DNA of 64,000 bases from Fidelibacterota bacterium (GTDB lineage: Bacteria; Fidelibacterota; Fidelibacteria; Fidelibacterales; DSDE01). The stretch lies in the NCBI GenBank assembly GCA_046735395.1, contig JBJKQR010000001.1:2610-66609 (forward strand), in the 5' to 3' direction. Under the pieces are notes generated by a model that saw only the letters and a program-made list of their open reading frames with translations, ran no database searches and was not told the DNA's origin. The position numbers and the translations under genes are program-made. Below, piece after piece: positions 36,818 through 44,334 of the stretch. Positions within the stretch are counted from its first letter, which is position 1, and the number at the start of each line of letters is the position of its first letter.

Positions 36818-37320
36818 TTTTGTCATCTCATTAAAATACGAAACGACCGAAAACTTTAAACAACGGATAGCAGGGATTAACATGAATAAGAGGAAGAAAT
36901 ACCAGAGTTCGTGTTCATTAGTGTTCTTCGTGGAAAAATGCTTATGGTTTGTCATTATTAAACACGAATTATACAAAGATAGCTGAGCACGGATTTCACG
37001 GATTGACACGAAAAAGAGGAAGATACACCAGAGTTCGTGTTCATTAGTGTTCTTCGTGGAAAAATGTTTTTGGTTTGTCATTATTAAACACGAATTACAC
37101 GAAGATATCTGACCACGGATTTCACAGATTGACACAAAAAAGATAAAGGAATAATAGAGTTCGTGTTTATTCGTGTTCTTTGTGGAGAGAATGCTTTTAG
37201 CTAGCAGTCATTAAACAGGAATTACACGAAGATATCTGACCACGGATTTCACGGATTGACACGAAAAAGAGGAAGATATACCAGAGTTCGTGTTCATCTG
37301 TGTCCTTCGTGGAAAAATGT
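36818..37320 (+). repeat. 126-bp tandem repeat, right array (unit tail plus 4 units), same orientation as the left array
   Basis: Units start at 36838 (degenerate 5' half), 36964, 37090 and 37217, with periods of 126, 126 and 127. They are preceded by the unit tail tttgtcatctcattaaaat. The last unit ends about 37320. Confidence 0.95.
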
Positions 37321-37580
37321 AATACGACCCTCGTCTTGTGTCAGGTTTATTCGAAATCCGGTCTCGTGGTTATGTGGATGGATTCAACAGGGTTGACTTC
37401 ATTTCATCTTTTCCCTAATTTGCCCGCGTTATTTTGTATGAACGGACCCTGCAACGTTCAGGAAAATGAAGGACCGTAGGATTCAGGGTTAGCAGTGCAG
37501 GGGCATCGTAATCCTCCAAGTAGAGAAAGTCATACCTTGAAGCGAGTTGATCTGCTGAAATTCATTGATGATCAGGCGGG

Positions 37581-38732
37581 ATGAACCTTGCTGTGAAAAG
37601 AGAATTCTGGAATAGAAAAGCACCCAAGCGATCATTGAAAACACGGATGACGCTTTTCGTTCTGGTGGTGTTTTTAGTTAGCATCTGGTCACTTTTCGTT
37701 TATGAAAGCAGAATTTTGCATGAGGATGTGACGGGGATTCTGGGGCAGCAACAATTTTCAACAGCATCCATCATTGCAAAGTCCATTAGTTCTGAATTCG
37801 ATATCAGATTTAAAACCTTGCAGGAAGCTGCCCGGGAAATGTCGCTATATATGATGGATCATGCAGCTCTCCAATCCGCGTTGGAAGAGTATTCCGAGCT
37901 GCTGTATCTTTTCAACGGCGGAATTATCATCACGGACGGGACGGGACATGCTATCGCGGATCTTCCCTATTCAACCGGCCGGATAGGCCAGTATTATGGC
38001 GATGATCCCTGGGTTTCAGGCGCACTTCATGACGGCCGCTCCAGCGTGGGGCATCCCATTATGGGAAAGGTGCTCGGTGTTCCGGTTTTCGGGATGACGG
38101 TTCCTGTCTTTGATCAAAATGGCGACATCATCGGTAGTATCGGCGGTGTTGTGGAAATCGAAGAGATGACCTTCATGGACGGGATCGCCGGTAGTCGTTA
38201 TGGCGGTGGTGGCGGGTATATGATAATTGCACCGGAATACCGTTTGATTGTGACCGCGAGCGATAAGAAAAATGTTCTGGAAACACTTCCTGAAGAAGGT
38301 AAGAATCCGGATTTTGATCGTCTACTGCAGTCTGATGAGGGGCTTTGTTCCATCCTGTCCGGGCTGGAAGGGGAAGATGTTCTCATCTCCATGGATATTA
38401 TTTCTGCCACAGGGTGGCGGGTTATTGTATCCCTGCCGACACGGGAAGCCTTTGTTCCCATTCGCGATCTTCAACATCGTAGTCTGCTGGCCACCATCCT
38501 GTTGACTCTGATTGCAGGAGCGCTTACCTGGTGGATGCTTCGACGTCAGCTTCTGCCTCTGTCGCAGGCTGTCTATACACTCGCACACCTATCCGTTTCC
38601 GATCTTCCGGTGCAGAATTTGCCGGTTAAACGTCAGGACGAAGTGGGTGAACTGATTCAGGGTTTCAATCGTCTGCTGGATACGCTCAGGAAGCGTGAAA
38701 TATCCCTCAACGAAAGTCATGAGATTCTCTGA
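37581..38732 (+). CDS. Sensor kinase N-terminal part (TM, Cache-like periplasmic domain, TM, HAMP), ending at an in-frame TGA
   Basis: Two TM helices flank a roughly 270-aa Cache-like domain. A HAMP linker follows (KRQDEVGELIQGFNRLLDTLRKRE). The TGA at 38730..38732 is in the same frame as the ORF at 38796. Confidence 0.8.
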   Translation: MNLAVKREFWNRKAPKRSLKTRMTLFVLVVFLVSIWSLFVYESRILHEDVTGILGQQQFSTASIIAKSISSEFDIRFKTLQEAAREMSLYMMDHAALQSALEEYSELLYLFNGGIIITDGTGHAIADLPYSTGRIGQYYGDDPWVSGALHDGRSSVGHPIMGKVLGVPVFGMTVPVFDQNGDIIGSIGGVVEIEEMTFMDGIAGSRYGGGGGYMIIAPEYRLIVTASDKKNVLETLPEEGKNPDFDRLLQSDEGLCSILSGLEGEDVLISMDIISATGWRVIVSLPTREAFVPIRDLQHRSLLATILLTLIAGALTWWMLRRQLLPLSQAVYTLAHLSVSDLPVQNLPVKRQDEVGELIQGFNRLLDTLRKREISLNESHEIL

Positions 38733-38795
38733 ACCATTCTGGAAACATCCCGGGATGGCTATTGGCATGCCGATCTGGAAGGCCGCTTTCTGAAT

Positions 38796-40262
38796 GTGAA
38801 TGAGACCTATGTCCGGCTGTCAGGATATTCGCGTGAGGAACTGCTTACCCTGCGGATTCAGGATATGGAAGCTATCGAAAAGGACATTGATACGCGACAG
38901 CATATTCAGAAGATCATAAGTGAAGGAGGAGACCAGTTCGAATCAAGGCACCGCAGGAAGGACGGTTCGGTATGGGATGTGGAGGTCAGCGCCGTATACA
39001 GCAATGTGCATGGCGGACAGTTCTTTGCTTTTATTCGTGATATCAGCGAACGGAAAAGGGCTGAGGAGGAGAATGCCCTCCTCCAGGATCAGTTCCTTCA
39101 GGCTCAGAAAATGGAATCTGTCGGCCGTCTGGCCGGTGGTGTTGCCCACGATTTCAATAATATGCTTGGTGTTATTCTGGGGCATGCCGAACTTGCGTTG
39201 AAGAGGGTTGATCCCGGCAGTAGGGCGCTGAACGATCTGGAACAGATCATCACGGCAGCCAACCGGTCTGCAGACCTGACCCGGCAATTGCTGATTTTTG
39301 CCCGTAAACAGACAGTCGTTCCCAGGGTGCTGAATCTGAGTGAATCGATTACCAGTATTCTGAAAATGCTGGAGCGGATGATCGGTGAAAATATCCGGAT
39401 TCGCTGGGAACCATCTGACGATCTCTGGTCAATCAAAATAGATCCGTCCCAGTTGAATCAGATCCTCATCAATCTCTGCGTCAATGCCCGGGATGCCATC
39501 CAGGATGTGGGGACGATAAAGATTGGAAGCTCCAATATCAGCATTGACGGGGCCTTTTGCGCTGCACATGTGGATGCCGAACCCGGTCAGTATGTACATA
39601 TTTCCGTCAGTGATGACGGATGTGGCATTTCCGCCGATGTTCTCGAGAATATTTTCGAACCATTCTTCACGACGAAGGAATTCGATAAGGGAACGGGCCT
39701 GGGCCTGGCTACCGTGTATGGAACGGTACGGCAGAACGGCGGCTTTATCACTGTGGATAGTATTCTTGATAAGGGCACGACTTTCAATATCTATCTCCCG
39801 CGCCATACAGGCCGGATTGATGAAGAGATAAACTGTGAAAGCGGAGAAACTGCAGAACGGGGGGATGAAACCATTCTTCTTGTGGAGGACGAACCCAATC
39901 TTCTCATGCTGACGGCAGTAGGGCTGGAAAGCAACGGCTATACCGTACTCTCAGCCAACGGTCCGGAAGAAGCAATCCGACTGGCGGAAAACCAGGAGGG
40001 GCGGATCGACCTGCTCCTCACCGACGTGATCATGCCGGTTATGAACGGACATATGCTGGCATCCCGTCTGGTGGAAACCTGGCCGCATATCCGCTGTCTG
40101 TTTACGTCCGGATATATGGATGATATCATCTCCAGCCAGGGCGTGCTGGATAAGGACATGAATTTTATCGCCAAACCCTTCACCATCGAAAATCTACTCC
40201 AGAAAGTTCGGGAGGTTCTGAATCGGCCTCCCACACCCGAAAATATGGGCCGTAATACCTGA
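38796..40262 (+). CDS. Hybrid histidine kinase C-terminal part (PAS, HisKA, HATPase, receiver); N-terminally truncated PAS
   Basis: H-box GGVAHDFNNMLGVILG, N-box LINLCVNARDA, G-boxes DDGCGI and GTGLGLATV. Receiver domain (ILLVEDEPNL...DLLLTDVIMPVMNG). The PAS sequence TILETSRDGYWHADLEGRFLNV lies in frame upstream of the GTG start, right after the TGA. Confidence 0.8.
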   Translation: MNETYVRLSGYSREELLTLRIQDMEAIEKDIDTRQHIQKIISEGGDQFESRHRRKDGSVWDVEVSAVYSNVHGGQFFAFIRDISERKRAEEENALLQDQFLQAQKMESVGRLAGGVAHDFNNMLGVILGHAELALKRVDPGSRALNDLEQIITAANRSADLTRQLLIFARKQTVVPRVLNLSESITSILKMLERMIGENIRIRWEPSDDLWSIKIDPSQLNQILINLCVNARDAIQDVGTIKIGSSNISIDGAFCAAHVDAEPGQYVHISVSDDGCGISADVLENIFEPFFTTKEFDKGTGLGLATVYGTVRQNGGFITVDSILDKGTTFNIYLPRHTGRIDEEINCESGETAERGDETILLVEDEPNLLMLTAVGLESNGYTVLSANGPEEAIRLAENQEGRIDLLLTDVIMPVMNGHMLASRLVETWPHIRCLFTSGYMDDIISSQGVLDKDMNFIAKPFTIENLLQKVREVLNRPPTPENMGRNT

Positions 40263-40411
40263 CCGGCCTGAAATATTTAACCATCAACATCCCTGTACCG
40301 GAATATTATGTTGAGAATTCAAATTGTCTCATTGACCTATACAGCTGTAAATTTGATTCAATGAATATGTGGGTGAGCAAATCAGATAAAACTGCATGAA
40401 AGGATTTTGTA

Positions 40412-41620
40412 ATGACAAAGCGCTGCACTTTAATATCAACTCTCACCGGCCAGGAATATCCTTTTGAGCGGATTGAGGAATTTGCTGACAACGGCGAGTC
40501 ATTGGAAGTGGCCATTCCCGGAATTGAAAATGCGCGAATCCGGAACGCTGCTCACGTATTTGAGCGATTCGCTGATTTTATGCCCTTTTCACAGCTATCC
40601 GAGGAGCTTTCTCTCGGTGAAGGGAATACGGCCCTCGTGAAGGCGGATCGTAAACTTCAGGACCATACCGGTGTCGAGGGCCTGCTTCTCAAGAACGAAA
40701 CACAGAATCCCACCTGGAGTTTCAAGGACCGGGGGTCTCTGGCCTGTATCGCCATGGCCCGGGAGATGAATGAAACGGTTACCGCGACGATTTCCACCGG
40801 CAATATGGGAAATTCCATCTCTGCCTACGGTGCCAGAGCCGGCATACGCACGCTTGTCTTTGTGCCCGATTTCACGCCCCGGGAAAAGATCATGGCCATG
40901 GGCATTCACGGTGCCACGGTGATAAAAATCAGCGCGCCCGATTATTCCGCTATGAAAAAACATGTATTGAGCCTGGCGGGAAGCCTGAATCTGCGTATTG
41001 TATCCGGCAACGGGCCTATTCGCGCGGAAGGTTACAAACTCACCGCCTTTGAGATGTTCGAACAGATGAAGGGGCAGGTTCCGGATTACATCGCAGTCCC
41101 CACTTCGGCCTGTGGCCATATCCGGGGATTATTCAAGGGATACCGGGAACTGATGAAGGCAGGAATAATTCACAGCCTTCCCAAAATGATCATTGTGCAG
41201 GCCCGGAATAACAGTCCCATCGTCTCGGCAATCAAACAGGGGAAACGGGATATTATTCCATTCTCGAATTTTCATACGGTGGCAGAGGCCATCACCAGCG
41301 GTACGCCCATGGGCGGTGACGAAATTATCGATAAAGCCATGAAATACGGCTGGCTTGCCGAGGATGTATCCGAAGAGGATATCCTCGATTCGCAGAAGCG
41401 CCTGGCTGAATCCGGTTTTTTTGTCGAGCCCGCGTCTGCGACAAGCCTGGCCGCTATTCGTTCCCAGCGTTCTGCCGGTAAGATAGAGGATGATGCAACG
41501 GTGGTGATGATGCTGACGGGATCGGGACTGAAGGATGCCGATGTTCTGAAATACCACCGGGCCGATGTACGGGAAGTCACGCTGGACCAGGTCGAAAGCT
41601 CAATCCGCACCTATATCTGA
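40412..41620 (+). CDS. Threonine synthase-like PLP-dependent enzyme (fold type II)
   Basis: PLP-lysine motif NPTWSFKDRGSLACI (SFKDRG as in ThrC). Glycine-rich loop region and a size of about 400 aa. Confidence 0.7.
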   Translation: MTKRCTLISTLTGQEYPFERIEEFADNGESLEVAIPGIENARIRNAAHVFERFADFMPFSQLSEELSLGEGNTALVKADRKLQDHTGVEGLLLKNETQNPTWSFKDRGSLACIAMAREMNETVTATISTGNMGNSISAYGARAGIRTLVFVPDFTPREKIMAMGIHGATVIKISAPDYSAMKKHVLSLAGSLNLRIVSGNGPIRAEGYKLTAFEMFEQMKGQVPDYIAVPTSACGHIRGLFKGYRELMKAGIIHSLPKMIIVQARNNSPIVSAIKQGKRDIIPFSNFHTVAEAITSGTPMGGDEIIDKAMKYGWLAEDVSEEDILDSQKRLAESGFFVEPASATSLAAIRSQRSAGKIEDDATVVMMLTGSGLKDADVLKYHRADVREVTLDQVESSIRTYI

Positions 41621-41626
41621 TAAAGG

Positions 41627-42037
41627 ATGAATCTTATGAAAACCATATATCATAAACCTGAGGGCAGTGTCACATCCGGCCCCTATTCGCCGGCAGTGCA
41701 GGTTCGGAGTACTGGCGGTACCATGCTGTTTGTTTCCGGGCAGGGAACAAAGAATCCCGTAACCGGCGAACGGGTTGTAGGCGCCATGACGGACCAGGCG
41801 AAAGCCGCTATGGAAAATCTCAGAACCGTGGTCGAGGGCAGTGGCTTTCTTATGGAGGAAATTGTAAAGGTAACTATTTTCCTTACCAGTATGGAGGATG
41901 GCCCCGCTGTCAATAAGGTCTATCAGTCCTATTTCGCGGAAGGACGTTATCCGGCGAGGTCCACCGTCGCCGTCAGGCAACTTCCCGGCGGCCAGGGGAT
42001 TGAGATCGAAGCCGTGGCTGTTCGGAATGGAAACTGA
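41627..42037 (+). CDS. ridA: RidA/YjgF family reactive-intermediate deaminase
   Basis: GPYSPAVQV...MLFVSGQG...TIFLTSMED...RSTVAVRQLPGGQGIEIEAVA is the typical RidA pattern. It starts 6 nt after the previous stop. Confidence 0.85.
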   Translation: MNLMKTIYHKPEGSVTSGPYSPAVQVRSTGGTMLFVSGQGTKNPVTGERVVGAMTDQAKAAMENLRTVVEGSGFLMEEIVKVTIFLTSMEDGPAVNKVYQSYFAEGRYPARSTVAVRQLPGGQGIEIEAVAVRNGN

Positions 42038-42094
42038 TTTATTTGTATAGTCTGAAAATCTTGTATAAATAAAAATCCGCCCCGAATCCAACAC

Positions 42095-42238
42095 GACGGA
42101 ATTCTGCCTGCAGGAAGCTGGGAAATGGAGTGGAACGGACGAAATGATTCAGGTCTGCCGGAAGCCAGCGGGATATATTTTCTGAAACTTCAGGGGGAGG
42201 GTCTGTACGCATTGCGGAAGTGCCTGCTGCTCAAGTAA
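42095..42238 (+). pseudogene. Orphan 3' remnant of a T9SS cargo gene (last ~48 codons of the sorting domain)
   Basis: This frame reads ..DGILPAGSWEMEWNGRNDSGLPEASGIYFLKLQGEGLYALRKCLLLK, then TAA at 42236..42238. That is the distal half of the sorting domain seen in the five intact cargo genes. The frame is closed by TGA at 42053, with no start codon or body upstream. Confidence 0.7.
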
Positions 42239-42478
42239 TACTATCCATTTTCGGTTTTATGTGAAATATGTTAATAGTCTATATGTCAGGCAGTTAACAC
42301 GCAGGACTAAAAGTTGAATTCAGATGAATCGTTTTCTGTGCTGATGTTGATTGCCGGAGAGAAGATGTAGTCGGAAAACCATTCTGAAAACACACTTTCA
42401 CATTGCGAAAATATCTGTATATTACGGCCGGACCAAAAGGAGAATTTCCGGAAACCGCTAATCAGAAAGGATTGATAA

Positions 42479-43069
42479 ATGAAACGAATTACGGCATTTC
42501 TGTTCCTGATCATGATGCTGATGTTCGCATGCAGGACACCTCAGGAAACGACTAAAATTATCAGCAAGGCCGAATGGGGCGGAGCGCCCGGTGACAGCAG
42601 CAAAATGAAACTTCATCAGATCCAAAAGATCACCATACATCACGAAGGAATTGAAGATGACGGGTCAAAGACCGGCGCGCAGAAAATGAGAAATTTGCAG
42701 CATTTCAGCCTGAATGACAAACCCTGGGGGGATATACCCTATCATTATGTCATTGATCTGAAAGGCAATGTGTATGAAGGTCGGGATGTGAAATATGCCG
42801 GGGATACGAATACAAGTTATGATCCGACCGGACATCTGCTGATCTGTGTGGACGGCAATTACGAAGTGCAGGAACTGCTCCCTGAGACATATAATGCACT
42901 GGTCAAACTGACTGCGGAAATGGCGGAAAAATACAGTATTTCGCTTGATGACATTAAAACACACAGGGATTACACATCCGAAACGGTCTGCCCGGGAAAG
43001 AACCTGTACGCGAAATTCACATCCGGGGACTTTTACCGCGATGTGGAAAAAATGATGAAGACGAAATAA
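42479..43069 (+). CDS. N-acetylmuramoyl-L-alanine amidase, Amidase_2/PGRP type
   Basis: Signal/lipoprotein leader (LMFAC). ITIHHEG, DIPYHYVIDLKGNVYEGR, HLLICVDGNY and KTHRDYTSETVCPG. Confidence 0.85.
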   Translation: MKRITAFLFLIMMLMFACRTPQETTKIISKAEWGGAPGDSSKMKLHQIQKITIHHEGIEDDGSKTGAQKMRNLQHFSLNDKPWGDIPYHYVIDLKGNVYEGRDVKYAGDTNTSYDPTGHLLICVDGNYEVQELLPETYNALVKLTAEMAEKYSISLDDIKTHRDYTSETVCPGKNLYAKFTSGDFYRDVEKMMKTK

Positions 43070-43099
43070 TACCTCAGCCGGGAACAGGCAGGAGATAAA

Positions 43100-44134
43100 A
43101 TGAGATATAAATTAAGTAAAATCGCAATCGGGAGGCGCTATGGACTGCAGATATTCGGACTGCTGCTGTGGGCTGCGCTGATGACAGTCACATCCTGCGG
43201 GAGTCATAAAACGGGAGTTCTGAAGGGCCGGACCATCTGTATTGATCCCGGACACGGGGGTACGGCGGCTACTGACAGTTTTCGTGTGGGCCCCACCGGA
43301 GAACGGGAGGAATGGATTGACCTGAGAGTTTCCCTCATGCTTGCGGATCTTTTGAAAAAGGACGGGGCTTCTGTAATTCTGACACGGAAAGCCGATAAGG
43401 ATGTGGGACTGAAGGCCCGGGCTGATCTGGCCATTGCCCGTCACGCCGATCTGTTTATTTCTGTTCATCACAATGCCACGGCCGACAGTTCTGTAAATAT
43501 TCCCATCATTTATTTTCACGGAAATGCGTCGGAAAATCAGGCCAGTGTTGAATTCGCAAAACGTTTTGCCAGGGAAATTCGGTTTTTGTGGCCAAACGGG
43601 AATATTCCTGTGAGCATCACTTCCGATTTTGTTATTTTTCCGACCAGCGGCGCGTCTGTATTGAGAAATTCCTACGGAATTCCCGGAATTATCGGAGAAG
43701 CTTCCTTCTTTTCCAATCCGGCCGAAGAGCTGCGGCTGAAGGATCGGGAACACAATAAGCAGGAAGCCTTGGCGTATCACCGGGCTATTCTGAATTATTT
43801 TACCGGGCCTCAGCTGCCGGTACTGGAGCTGAAATCCCGGGTTTCACTGCCGCCTTTTCCCGTTTTTCAGGAGGCGGGCCGTATGGATCCCCTCGCACTG
43901 AAATGGCAGGAAGACTACGAAGAAGGATGCAGATTGGCTGTCTCGGATGATCCGGATTCCCTCGCACTCGCGGACAGTCTGCTTACCCGCAGCGTCCGCT
44001 ACTTCCCCGATTCCTGGCTGGCCGGTGATGCCCATCTGCAGCGCAGCCGTGTTCTGGCGAAAATGGGACGGACGGCTGAGGCGGAAGAAGCCCGGCAGCG
44101 GTGTGAAGAACATTATGTGCCGATGGAGAAATAA
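43100..44134 (+). CDS. N-acetylmuramoyl-L-alanine amidase, Amidase_3 (AmiC-like) with a C-terminal helical extension
   Basis: Lipobox MTVTSC. ICIDPGHGG, DLFISVHHNA and GIIGEASFFSNPAEE. Confidence 0.85.
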   Translation: MRYKLSKIAIGRRYGLQIFGLLLWAALMTVTSCGSHKTGVLKGRTICIDPGHGGTAATDSFRVGPTGEREEWIDLRVSLMLADLLKKDGASVILTRKADKDVGLKARADLAIARHADLFISVHHNATADSSVNIPIIYFHGNASENQASVEFAKRFAREIRFLWPNGNIPVSITSDFVIFPTSGASVLRNSYGIPGIIGEASFFSNPAEELRLKDREHNKQEALAYHRAILNYFTGPQLPVLELKSRVSLPPFPVFQEAGRMDPLALKWQEDYEEGCRLAVSDDPDSLALADSLLTRSVRYFPDSWLAGDAHLQRSRVLAKMGRTAEAEEARQRCEEHYVPMEK

Positions 44135-44334
44135 CAGACGGCTAAGTTTTTCCGCTGACTGAGAAAACAGACGTTTTGAATGTATTTTCTCCCATCCGGA
44201 ACCCGATCCCCGGGTCATTACAGCATCGAAAATACTTGCCTCTATGATTATGCCGTCGAAATTGCAATAATGAAAATGCTCCCGGGATTTCTTATACTAC
44301 GTCCGGAAAAAGGCTTAGGAAAGGTAGTATTTCA

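Noticed and set aside
38730-38732. Genome-wide TGA reassignment (code 4 or 25) as the explanation for the in-frame TGA in the kinase.
   Set aside because: TGA terminates many genes here exactly where homologues end. Examples are the T9SS tail ...KMILLK-TGA at 12304, the kinase at 9956, the regulator at 11365 and the TlpA-like gene at 14048.
41600-42094. A 164-aa minus-strand ORF overlapping ridA.
   Set aside because: It is antisense to a well-supported RidA gene, and its product has no recognisable features. Immediately beyond its upstream end, the plus strand carries the T9SS tail remnant, which better accounts for the otherwise unassigned DNA after ridA.
44135-44334. A TPP riboswitch upstream of the TonB-dependent receptor. 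CTGAGA is present at 44159 and GAACCCGATCCCCGGGTCAT follows downstream.
   Set aside because: - The spacing between the two elements is about 35 nt, far longer than in THI-box RNAs.
- The P4/P5 pairing partners and the 5' GGGG(U/C)GC region are missing.

Only an Infernal scan could overturn this.
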